DNA from: Bordetella parapertussis
GTDB taxonomy: Bacteria; Pseudomonadota; Gammaproteobacteria; Burkholderiales; SG8-41
Direction of reading: 5' to 3'
Assembly: GCA_945893125.1 (NCBI GenBank)
Contig: CAMDDY010000001.1
Location: 1 to 45,307 of the forward strand
DNA length: 45,307 nt
Made by a program: the position numbers and the translations under genes
The notes under the pieces: generated by a model
Databases searched by the model: none
Told to the model about the DNA's origin: nothing
Seen by the model: the letters and a program-made list of their open reading frames with translations, nothing else
Shown: positions 22,649 through 31,329 of the stretch, piece after piece
How the letters are laid out: each line of letters starts with the position of its first letter
Numbering within the stretch: position 1 is the stretch's first letter

Positions 22649-23119
22649 TCAGCTAAACCGGATTTGGTTCATGTGCAGCCAGATTGCGAATGAGTCATAG
22701 GGTGTGACGAGCGGCTGCGTAAGAATCTCGGCACCGGTGAACGCTTTGAATTCCGCACCCTCGTGCAGCACAAACCGTGAAAATTCCTGATCCGACACTG
22801 GCACCACAAAATAGATGCGGTAAACCTTTTCCTGTTTCTTCCCCAGCCAGCTGAAATCGAAATCGAAGCGCGTAAATTCCCGTGCCTCGGTAACTTCGAA
22901 TTCAAGTTCTTCATGTAACTCCCGATACAGCGCCTGCAACGGCGCTTCGCCAGCGTTGACTGCGCCGCCGAAGCAGCCCCAATGATCCGGATAAAAAATA
23001 TGCGGAATATCGTCGCGCAGCTGCATAACGTAGTGGCCGTCTGGCATGACCAACAACGCGGCTACCGCGTCGTCGCCACGCAACTTGCCGGGGGCAGCGA
23101 TAAAAGTCGGCAGTGTCAT
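22649..23119 (-). CDS. Nudix hydrolase
   Basis: 156 aa. Nudix box G-AVNAG-E-APLQALY-RE-L-H-EE-LEF. Last gene of the minus-strand block. Confidence 0.8.
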   Translation of the reverse strand: MTLPTFIAAPGKLRGDDAVAALLVMPDGHYVMQLRDDIPHIFYPDHWGCFGGAVNAGEAPLQALYRELHEELEFEVTEAREFTRFDFDFSWLGKKQEKVYRIYFVVPVSDQEFSRFVLHEGAEFKAFTGAEILTQPLVTPYDSFAIWLHMNQIRFS

Positions 23120-23185
23120 GAAAGCGCGTGCGCGAAATGGAAGATTTGCGGTACCCGCGCGTGGCTATGCCAACCAGCGCGGGGA

Positions 23186-24106
23186 TCAGGCCAAGCCGAG
23201 CTTGGCTGAAATGGTCTTGAGATCAAGGCCGTGCGCCGCTTGCAATTCGGTATGGCTGCCATAGTTGTGAATAAACTCGTCCTGCAGAGCAAAGCTGTCG
23301 AGCTGGCATTTGGCACGGGTGTCCCACGCGATTTCTTTGATGCGCGGACCGAGGCCGCCATACGGGGCCATTTCCTCGATCACAATCACGCGTTTATGGC
23401 TGTGTAGCGCCTTGCTCACGCCCTCCACGTCCAACGGCTTTACCGTGTGCGCCGATACCAATGAAACGCTTTCCCCGCGTGCCTCGAATTTGGCGGCCAG
23501 ATCCGATCCGAGTTTGAGGATGGGGCCATAACCGATGATGCAGACATCGGCGCCGCGCTTGATATAACGCAACTTGCCGAATTCAAACGCGTCGATCGCC
23601 TTGGATGTGAGGTCTGGCTCGCCGGCTTTGCCCAAACGCAGATAAACCGGACCGCGTTCCTGTTTGATGCACCATAGCGTCGCCAAGCGCGCTTCGTGCG
23701 GATCGCACGGCGCGATCACTGCCATATTGGGGATCGCGCAGGCAACCGCCACATCCTCCTGCGCGTGATGCGTGCTGCCCAGCGTGGAATAGGTGATGCC
23801 GCCACCGATGCCGACAACTGTTACCGGCAGATTGTGGTAACAGAGATCGTCTCGCACAAACTCGAACGGGCGGAACAGCGTGAACGTCGCGATCGTGTAT
23901 GCAAACGGGCGCAGCCCGCGCAGCGCCATTCCAGCGCACAAACCGATCATAATCTGTTCGGCAACGCCGGTATTGATGAATCGGTCCGGAAACGTCTGCC
24001 GGAATTTGTCCATGGCGCCGGCGGGAGAAATGTCGGCAACCACCACGCACAGGCGCGGATCCTGCTGCCCTGCCTCGAAGAACGTATTGGCAAACATGTT
24101 TCTCAT
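23186..24106 (-). CDS. transketolase-family, C-terminal (pyrimidine-binding) subunit
   Basis: 306 aa. FINTGVAEQ, GSTHHAQEDVA and PVYLRLGK motifs are typical of split transketolase subunit B. Confidence 0.9.
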   Translation of the reverse strand: MRNMFANTFFEAGQQDPRLCVVVADISPAGAMDKFRQTFPDRFINTGVAEQIMIGLCAGMALRGLRPFAYTIATFTLFRPFEFVRDDLCYHNLPVTVVGIGGGITYSTLGSTHHAQEDVAVACAIPNMAVIAPCDPHEARLATLWCIKQERGPVYLRLGKAGEPDLTSKAIDAFEFGKLRYIKRGADVCIIGYGPILKLGSDLAAKFEARGESVSLVSAHTVKPLDVEGVSKALHSHKRVIVIEEMAPYGGLGPRIKEIAWDTRAKCQLDSFALQDEFIHNYGSHTELQAAHGLDLKTISAKLGLA

Positions 24107-24948
24107 GACGCCACCTCGGCCAACTCAGCCAACGCCTTCTGATACTCGTCTTTGTTCGGAGAACGATAGTGCCAGATCGGCACATGCTCCATGTACGACA
24201 CGCCCTTGCCTTTCACCGTTTTACCGACCACCATGAACGGTCGCTCGCCACTGCGTGTCGCCACCGCGCTGAATACTTCCGCTGCGTCGTGACCATTGAC
24301 CTCGACGGCTTCCCACCCGAAAGCCCGTGCCTTGTCCAACACGGGGTAAAAGTGCGGATGGGTTTCCGACGTGCGCCCCAGCCCCTGAAAATCATTCAGG
24401 TCGAGAAAAGCGACGAGATTATTCAGGCCGAGATTGGCGACCATCATCATTGCTTCCCACGTCGATCCTTCCTGCAGTTCGCCATCCGACAGCACTACAA
24501 AAACCTGCCGGTCGGTTTTTTTTATTTTTTCTGCATAGGCCATGCCCGCCGAGATCCCCATGCCATGGCCGAGCGAACCGGTGGATGCCTCGATCCCGGG
24601 CACCCCATAATCCGGGTGCGCACCAAGCTTGCCGAGCGGCGTGCAATACCGGTCAAGATCGTTCTTGGTGAGAATGCCAAAGTCCTCAAGAATCACGTAC
24701 TGCGAAAGGCAGCCGTGCCCCTTGGACATCACAAAACTGTCCTGCGTGCCGTTGCCCGAATGATCGCGGCGCATCAGCCCGTTGTAAATAACGTCGACCA
24801 TCTCCAGACAGGAAAACGCAGGCGCCACATGCAGCGCCGTCACCTGCTGCGAGATATCAAGGATGCGCCGCCGGTAGCGCAAGCAACGCTGGCGAGCGGC
24901 GACCGCATCAAAGTTCTCGCTACGCTGAACTCCCATGGTCCGCTGCAT
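24103..24948 (-). CDS. transketolase-family, N-terminal (ThDP-binding) subunit
   Basis: STGSLGHGMG and LSDGELQEGSTWEA (ThDP/Mg motif). Start set at ATG 24948, sharing 1 nt with the stop of the upstream SDR. ATGA overlap with subunit B. Alternative starts at 24978 and 24936. Confidence 0.85.
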   Translation of the reverse strand: MQRTMGVQRSENFDAVAARQRCLRYRRRILDISQQVTALHVAPAFSCLEMVDVIYNGLMRRDHSGNGTQDSFVMSKGHGCLSQYVILEDFGILTKNDLDRYCTPLGKLGAHPDYGVPGIEASTGSLGHGMGISAGMAYAEKIKKTDRQVFVVLSDGELQEGSTWEAMMMVANLGLNNLVAFLDLNDFQGLGRTSETHPHFYPVLDKARAFGWEAVEVNGHDAAEVFSAVATRSGERPFMVVGKTVKGKGVSYMEHVPIWHYRSPNKDEYQKALAELAEVAS

Positions 24949-25937
24949 TACGCGCGCAGCACGTAGTCCATCGGCCAATCACGTAACTGGTCGAGGTACT
25001 TGCGCGCCCAGGATGCCATTTCCTCCAAGCCATCTTCCCAGCCAATTTGCGGTTCCCAGCCAACGTCGCGCTTGATCGCACTCGAATCCAGCCAGTAACG
25101 CGAATCCTGACCGAGCCGGTCACCCGTCATCTCGCACAATTGATCGAATGGCATTTTCAGCGCCGCTGCGCACAGTTCCACCACGCGCTTAATCGAAGTC
25201 GGATCTTTGGGCCCCGCGTTGTAGACTGTCCCGAGCGGTGCTTTTTCATCAACCAGATGAATCGCACGTGCAAGATCCCGCGCGTGGATGTACGATTTTT
25301 CGGCACGGCCGCCGCCGTGCAAAGGCAGCCGCTTGCCAAGGAGTCCGCATACCAAGGTTTTCGGAATCACGCGGTGCAGCAACTGGCCCGGGCAGTAGGC
25401 GTTCGACGGTCGAATAATATTCATCGGGAATTTCAGGACCTTTGAAATCGACAACAAATGCATGTCGAATGCCGCTTTGGACGCCGCATATGGACTGGTG
25501 GGCTGCATCGGCGTATCTTCCTTCGCCGCAAAATCAACCGAGCCGTAAAGTTCGGAGGTCCCGATTTGAATAAAGCGCTCCATGTAGTCGCGCGACATCA
25601 ACTCTTCTGAAAACTTGGCAAGCGCCATTGAGTTTGTTTCGAAAAACCGCCAGGATTTTTTCCACGATACCGCACCTTCACCTTGCGCGGCATAATTGAT
25701 AATGACCTGCGGTTTCTCCTTGTCGAGCAACTCCATTACCGAGTCAAGTTCATGCGTAAGATGGAACGCATGGTACTGGTAATTTTTCCGCTTTTCGACA
25801 TTAAGCGAGAAAGGCTCTGGCCGCAACGGATTGCGGCCGACGCCAATGACCTTCTTGGGATCGGCATTGTCAAGCAGATACAGCGCGGTGTGGATCCCAA
25901 ACGATCCGCCAGCCCCGAAAATGGCGTAAGTTTTCAT
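24948..25937 (-). CDS. extended SDR, NDP-sugar 4,6-dehydratase-like
   Basis: 329 aa. Rossmann motif IFGAGGSFG, GTSELYG, and YAASKAAFD (YxxxK). Confidence 0.8.
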   Translation of the reverse strand: MKTYAIFGAGGSFGIHTALYLLDNADPKKVIGVGRNPLRPEPFSLNVEKRKNYQYHAFHLTHELDSVMELLDKEKPQVIINYAAQGEGAVSWKKSWRFFETNSMALAKFSEELMSRDYMERFIQIGTSELYGSVDFAAKEDTPMQPTSPYAASKAAFDMHLLSISKVLKFPMNIIRPSNAYCPGQLLHRVIPKTLVCGLLGKRLPLHGGGRAEKSYIHARDLARAIHLVDEKAPLGTVYNAGPKDPTSIKRVVELCAAALKMPFDQLCEMTGDRLGQDSRYWLDSSAIKRDVGWEPQIGWEDGLEEMASWARKYLDQLRDWPMDYVLRA

Positions 25938-25984
25938 TGAATTTTCGCTGCCTCTCCCTGAATTAAGGGCGCAAGTTTAATTAC

Positions 25985-26641
25985 TTATTCTAGTATCGTC
26001 CAGTACCAGTCGCCCGTGTAACCGGCTTCTTTAAATAGTTTGTTCCAACCATCCGGATAGTCGTGAAACTTGGCAGTCAACACCCACGACAAAAACAGCT
26101 CCCGCTGGGCTGGCGTTCGATACGAATCGACCTGAATGAAGCCACGGCCCGGCGCGAGACGCTCTACCTCTCGCACCGCACGTATTGCATCGTGACGCTC
26201 GAAGTTATGTATGGTATTGAGGGAGATCACTGCACTGAAGCTGTTGTCCGGAAATGGAAGTTTATCGCCACTGCCCAGATGCAGTCGCCCGACCACCTCC
26301 GGCTCGCAATGCATAAGCGCATATTCCGAGATATCCAGGCCGAATACTTCGAGTCCGGGACAGACTTTCAACAAATCCTTCACCAGGAACCCCTTGGCGC
26401 ATCCGACATCGAGCACGCGATCGCCGGGCTTGAGGCTGAAGTGCTTGATGATATCTTCGGCGATAGGTATCCAGCGTCCGTCGTAGCGATAACCGCCATA
26501 GCCGACCTCGCGCGGACCGTCGAAATACTGCTCTCCATATTGACGCGAAATTGCGATGTTCTCGGGTGTCTGCGCTTCCTTGCGCTTTTCAATATTGCGC
26601 TTGGACTTCGGCAACCGCGCCAGCAAATTGATTTCTGCCAT
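25985..26641 (-). CDS. class I SAM-dependent methyltransferase
   Basis: Trimmed to MAEINLL... at 26641, which shares 1 nt with the upstream stop. Motif I is RVLDVGCAKG. Confidence 0.8.
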   Translation of the reverse strand: MAEINLLARLPKSKRNIEKRKEAQTPENIAISRQYGEQYFDGPREVGYGGYRYDGRWIPIAEDIIKHFSLKPGDRVLDVGCAKGFLVKDLLKVCPGLEVFGLDISEYALMHCEPEVVGRLHLGSGDKLPFPDNSFSAVISLNTIHNFERHDAIRAVREVERLAPGRGFIQVDSYRTPAQRELFLSWVLTAKFHDYPDGWNKLFKEAGYTGDWYWTILE

Positions 26642-27528
26642 CAGATCTTCTCCTCGGATAACTTCATTGCCAGCGCCAGTCCCTCTTCCAGCGGCGTAAA
26701 CCGGAACGCGGGAAAAGCCTGGCGACATGCAGTGATATCGAAAAAGCGATGCACTAGGTGCGGGCGCGGTACGGTGCGCGGGTTCTCCTGGACCTTGACC
26801 TTGTTCCCGAACTGCGCCGCAATGATGTGAGCGATTCGGTTAAAAGATGTCGCCACCCCGGTTGCGGCATTGAGCGCGCCGCGGCTGCGGTGAAACAGCA
26901 TCAAACGCGCAATCTCTGCCAAATCATCCACGCTGATGTGATCGCGCTGCTCTTCACCCTCGCCGAACAGCGAAATCGCCTCGCCGCGCTGCGTCTGCCG
27001 CCGAAAACGATTCGGTCCGTAACCGTTATGCGGATCACCTGCACCGTAGATCAGTGTCGGGCGCAGCATGGCAGTCGGTGCCGTTACGGTGGTTTTGAGC
27101 ATCAACTCGCGTGCCGCGTGCATCATGCCGTGCAGCGTCGAGGGCGCACAGCAGGATTCTTCGGTGACGGGATTCGCATCATCGGCGTAGACAGCATCCG
27201 AGCTGATATAGAGCAAATGATGGATTGGCACCGCGGCGAGCGCCTCGCATACGGCCTCTGCCATCCGCAGGTTCTGCATCAGCATCGCAACGTTCTTGGC
27301 CGGTGCGATGGCCGACACCATGACAACGCTGTCATCCGGCCTTAACATGGATTTCAATTTCACTGCGGCGTCCACCGCCATCAGGTCGATTTGCCTGCGC
27401 GTCAACGCAAGTGTTTTGACATCGCATGCCAAGAGACACCGGTTGATAGCACCGCCCACAAAGCCGCCAGCTCCGATTACGATTACGCGTGATGGCTTGA
27501 CTGGCGCTGCGTTGAAATGTTCGAGCAT
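26641..27528 (-). CDS. atypical extended SDR (NAD-dependent epimerase/dehydratase fold, HxxxH instead of YxxxK)
   Basis: 295 aa. Rossmann motif VIGAGGFVGG and ISSDAVY. The expected P-x-x-x-Y-G-x-x-K segment reads PSTLHGMMHAARE. Confidence 0.75.
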   Translation of the reverse strand: MLEHFNAAPVKPSRVIVIGAGGFVGGAINRCLLACDVKTLALTRRQIDLMAVDAAVKLKSMLRPDDSVVMVSAIAPAKNVAMLMQNLRMAEAVCEALAAVPIHHLLYISSDAVYADDANPVTEESCCAPSTLHGMMHAARELMLKTTVTAPTAMLRPTLIYGAGDPHNGYGPNRFRRQTQRGEAISLFGEGEEQRDHISVDDLAEIARLMLFHRSRGALNAATGVATSFNRIAHIIAAQFGNKVKVQENPRTVPRPHLVHRFFDITACRQAFPAFRFTPLEEGLALAMKLSEEKI

Positions 27529-27543
27529 GGTTATCGTTACCCA

Positions 27544-28827
27544 TTATGCGCCGTGCAGGCACGGCTTGCCTAACGTAAAGTATTCGAGCCCCGCTTCTTT
27601 GACACTTGCCTCGTCGAGCACGCGGTAAGGATCAATAATCGCTTTTCCCGCCAATCGGCTCCTAAGATCGGTCGGCTTCAGCTCGCGGAATGCCGGCCAC
27701 GGCGTCATGATCGCAATCACGTCGGCACCGTTCGCCGCATCCAGCGCCGACTCGAAACCGGCACAATTCGGGTGATCGACCACGTTCGCCAGCACCAACG
27801 GATCGAACACTCGCAACCGCCATGGCTTAAGGTGCGCGATCAACGCCAGCGACGGCGAATTCTTGGTCGAGTGGGTGTTTTCCTTGTACGCAAGGCCCAG
27901 CACGGCAATGACGGCATCCGGCTTGCGTGCGATGACTGCAGCATGCAACGTGCGCAATACCCAATGACGGCGGTGCCGGCTATTGCGCACGAAGGCCTGC
28001 ACCAGGCCCGCTTCTGTGCCGGTTTCCTGGCTCAACTGCAATACGGTCGCGAGGTCGCGCTCGAGGTTGCCGCCCGCCAAGCCGAGGCCGGGCGCGAGGT
28101 ATGCAAATTGACCGATACGGCGATCGAGCTTCAAGGCCGGCGCGATCTCGCTCCAGTCGGCGCCTATCCGTTCGCTGAGTTCCGCCAGCGTGTTTGCCAC
28201 GGTGACCGAAGCCACCAAGCAGCAGTTGATTGAAATTTTTGCAAGTTCGGCGCTTTCATACCGCATCGGCAGGAGGGGGCACGCGAACGCGGACAGAAAA
28301 GCGTTGTAATGCCTGGGCAGGGGCTGCATCGGATCGGCGCAACCCACGATAATGCGTTCTGGATGCATCGCGCGATCAAACGCACGGCCGAAAATCAGCG
28401 TCTCGACCTGATAATAAAGCCGTGCGCAATCGAACGTGAGGCTGCGCGTGAACCCGGGTGGGGCCTGGCACAGAATGACAAGCGTTGCCGCAGGCGCCAG
28501 TGCTGCCGCAACCGCGCCGATCAATGCCCTGATGCCGGCGAGATTGCTCTGCCCGCAGTCATCGGTCGGCACGTCGGCTGCGATGTATACCACGTCGCAG
28601 CGTGCAAGGTCGCGCTGATCGGCGGAATATCGGATGCGCCCAGCGTGCTGCCAAAGCATTTCCGGCAGATCCGGCTCGACCACGGGCAGGTCGCCCGCCG
28701 TGAGACGCGCAATGAGCGCTGAATCCGTATCGAAGCACACCGTATCAAAACCGCGTGCTGCACAAGCCGCTGCGGAATTGATGCCAAGATGCGTCATTCC
28801 TGCAAAGCCGACTACACTGCCGCTCAT
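27544..28827 (-). CDS. UDP-glucose/GDP-mannose dehydrogenase family protein lacking the catalytic cysteine
   Basis: Trimmed to MSGSVVGFAGMTHLG at 28827, giving an ATGA overlap with the upstream gene. Three-domain UGDH-like layout (VLGLAYKENT). The active-site motif reads GLGLAGGNLERD where the family has GxGxGGxC(L/F)PKD. Confidence 0.8.
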   Translation of the reverse strand: MSGSVVGFAGMTHLGINSAAACAARGFDTVCFDTDSALIARLTAGDLPVVEPDLPEMLWQHAGRIRYSADQRDLARCDVVYIAADVPTDDCGQSNLAGIRALIGAVAAALAPAATLVILCQAPPGFTRSLTFDCARLYYQVETLIFGRAFDRAMHPERIIVGCADPMQPLPRHYNAFLSAFACPLLPMRYESAELAKISINCCLVASVTVANTLAELSERIGADWSEIAPALKLDRRIGQFAYLAPGLGLAGGNLERDLATVLQLSQETGTEAGLVQAFVRNSRHRRHWVLRTLHAAVIARKPDAVIAVLGLAYKENTHSTKNSPSLALIAHLKPWRLRVFDPLVLANVVDHPNCAGFESALDAANGADVIAIMTPWPAFRELKPTDLRSRLAGKAIIDPYRVLDEASVKEAGLEYFTLGKPCLHGA

Positions 28828-29756
28828 GACTGCACCTGTTGCAATGCTGCTGCACCGAGCTCGCGTAACTGCCGGTTGAGCCACAAGTCATCGGCAAGAT
28901 CGGTGGCAACGCCGCGCTTGCACAGCGCCTTGAAGTACGCATATTCGATTTCCCACGTGGGATCGTCCTGCGCAAGCGTCACCGATTCTTCGGGCGGTCG
29001 CCCGCTCGGCAACAGGCGCGTGCGCAGCGTGAAAGTGCTGGGCCCCCACTTGCACAACGAACGGATATGCGCGCTGCCACGCTCGGCGAACACATCGCAA
29101 GTGAAGTGATTGCGCCATGAGAGCAGCGTCATTTCCAGTTCTAGTTTCGGCGCCGACGTGTTCGACCCAATCACCACATGGTCCGGTGCGCGGTTTTCGA
29201 AGCAATTGACCGAAACAATTTCTAATTTCCCGCCCACATCGCCGAACCAGAACTTCGCGGTATCCAGCAGGTGCGAGCCGAGATCAGGCAGCACGCCCGC
29301 ACCCTGATCTCGCCACTGCGAGTCACGCACCAAGCGCGCCGTACCGTTGCCGTAAAACATCCGGCAACGATATATCTTCCCAAGCCGGCCCGACGCCACG
29401 AGTTCGCGCATGCGCACGAAATGCGGCTCGAAGCGGTGGTTGTATGCGGTGTAGCAGACGGCCTTGTTGGCGCGGGCGATCCGCTGCAGGCGCTCGATAT
29501 CTTCATCCTGCGCGGCCCACAGCGGCTTTTCCACCAGCACGTGCTTGCCGTGACCCAGCAGATAGGACAGAACTTCTATTTTCGGTTCGTCGGGTATGCA
29601 GGCAAGCGCTGCATCATAGCTATCCAGCGGCACATCCTCGATTTTTCGGTATTCAGCCTGGGTGTTGAGCGGATCCACCGCTGCGACAAAATCCGCGCCC
29701 GCGAATTTCCGGCGCTTGTGTCCCTGTACTCCGAGGCCCACGACGATGACGCGCAT
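28824..29756 (-). CDS. Gfo/Idh/MocA family oxidoreductase
   Basis: Trimmed to MRVIVVGLGVQG at 29756. VLVEKP motif present. Confidence 0.8.
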   Translation of the reverse strand: MRVIVVGLGVQGHKRRKFAGADFVAAVDPLNTQAEYRKIEDVPLDSYDAALACIPDEPKIEVLSYLLGHGKHVLVEKPLWAAQDEDIERLQRIARANKAVCYTAYNHRFEPHFVRMRELVASGRLGKIYRCRMFYGNGTARLVRDSQWRDQGAGVLPDLGSHLLDTAKFWFGDVGGKLEIVSVNCFENRAPDHVVIGSNTSAPKLELEMTLLSWRNHFTCDVFAERGSAHIRSLCKWGPSTFTLRTRLLPSGRPPEESVTLAQDDPTWEIEYAYFKALCKRGVATDLADDLWLNRQLRELGAAALQQVQS

Positions 29757-29772
29757 AATGCGACCGTTGATG

Positions 29773-31329
29773 CTAACTGTAATTTGCCTGGCGCTCGACC
29801 GTGTCGATTTTTCGACGGACATCCTCCGGCGTTACCGGAATATTACCGTCGTATTCGCACGCACAGGCCGCAGCAATCGAGCCGAGTATGGTTGCGACCG
29901 TGTCCGACCCGGTCGCTAGCTTGGACAACGTCGCGTAAGCGAGCAAAGCATCGCCCGCACCAACCGCATCGACAACGTGCTCGACAAAACTGTCCAACAC
30001 GCCGAAGGAATCCAGGGAACTGTGATCGCTGCTGCGGCACGTCAGCACGCCACGTTCGCCAAGCTTGAGAATGAGGGTCTTGCATTTAGCGGCATCATAG
30101 AGCGCCGAAGCGAGCGGTCGTATACCCGAGTCCTGATCGCCGAGCGCAAATCTCGCTTCACGCTCATTGGGTGTGATCAGATCGAAACCCTTGAAGTCGG
30201 TGATGTTGCCCCAGCGGCTCGCTACCTGGCTGTCAGCCACTTTGTAGATACCAGCAGGGATGGCTGATATCAGGTGCGGGATCGTACGGCGGTTGTAAAT
30301 GCCATGCCGAAAATCGCTGAACACCACCGCGTCAGTCGCGGTTTCCCGCACGCCTTGGCATAACGTCGCCAACACATCATCGGAAATCGAGCGGTTGTCG
30401 AGTGTGTCGATTTTCAGCAATCGATACCCTCCCGCAACGATAGCGTTCTTGTGGGTCGTCGGCCGCGTCGAATCGATTATCGGACGACACACCACGCCCG
30501 ACTTCGCAAGGCCACTCAGCACGAAATCCTTAAATTTGTCGTCGCCAAGAACGGTCGAAAAAACAACCTCCGCGCCGGCGGCGCGCAGATGCTCGGCAAC
30601 GATTGCCGCGCCACCGATGTAGTCGTCACGCCCCTCGTAGAGCACACTCATGGTCGGCGTCTTGGTCTGCCCACCTATCATCGCGGTCCGCGTATAGCTG
30701 TCGACTATGGTGTCGCCGACCACATGCACACGCTTGCCTTTGAGCTTGTCGAGCGCTTCGCGGAGCGAGGTGAACGTGAGTTTTTCCGAATCCATGAAGG
30801 TGAGGAGTTTCTCGAGCTTGATCGCCGGCGGTGCAAGTTCGATCAGCTTGCTCGATGAGTAAACGATATCCCCCGGCGTAAATAGCAGTTCCCCGCCATA
30901 AGAATGCAGAATCTGCGACTCTTCCTGCGTTTTGGCAGCTACGCCGTTGGACGTGTATTCGTAGCCTTTCGCGAAATAGTCAGGCTGGATGCGGGATATG
31001 TTTTTGAGCGGAGTCGCATCCGTGTCGATGAGAACATAATCGACCAGTTCGAACGCCGCAAGGTTGAGTGCGCGTAGATCCTGCGGCACATGAGGGCGAT
31101 GCTGGCCCTTGGTGATATGAGCGTCGGCGGTGATGCTGGTAACAAGGATATCGGCTTTGCTCTTGGCGTAGATCAGGTGGCGCAGGTGGCCAGGATGCAC
31201 CACATCGAACACGCCGTGGCACATAATCACTTTTTTCTCGCGCGGTCGCGTCCCGACCGCCTTGATCAATTCATCGACCGTCTTGATCTTGTGCCGGTAC
31301 TTTTCGGTCAGCGAAGCGAGTGTGCTCAT
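29773..31329 (-). CDS. bifunctional nucleotidyltransferase (N-terminal, cytidylyltransferase-like) / PfkB sugar kinase (C-terminal); domain-permuted HldE-like
   Basis: 518 aa. The N-terminal domain has HGVFDVVHPGHLRHL (HxGH). The C-terminal domain has VVGDTIVDSY...VDAVGAGDALLA (PfkB signatures). Confidence 0.85.
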   Translation of the reverse strand: MSTLASLTEKYRHKIKTVDELIKAVGTRPREKKVIMCHGVFDVVHPGHLRHLIYAKSKADILVTSITADAHITKGQHRPHVPQDLRALNLAAFELVDYVLIDTDATPLKNISRIQPDYFAKGYEYTSNGVAAKTQEESQILHSYGGELLFTPGDIVYSSSKLIELAPPAIKLEKLLTFMDSEKLTFTSLREALDKLKGKRVHVVGDTIVDSYTRTAMIGGQTKTPTMSVLYEGRDDYIGGAAIVAEHLRAAGAEVVFSTVLGDDKFKDFVLSGLAKSGVVCRPIIDSTRPTTHKNAIVAGGYRLLKIDTLDNRSISDDVLATLCQGVRETATDAVVFSDFRHGIYNRRTIPHLISAIPAGIYKVADSQVASRWGNITDFKGFDLITPNEREARFALGDQDSGIRPLASALYDAAKCKTLILKLGERGVLTCRSSDHSSLDSFGVLDSFVEHVVDAVGAGDALLAYATLSKLATGSDTVATILGSIAAACACEYDGNIPVTPEDVRRKIDTVERQANYS

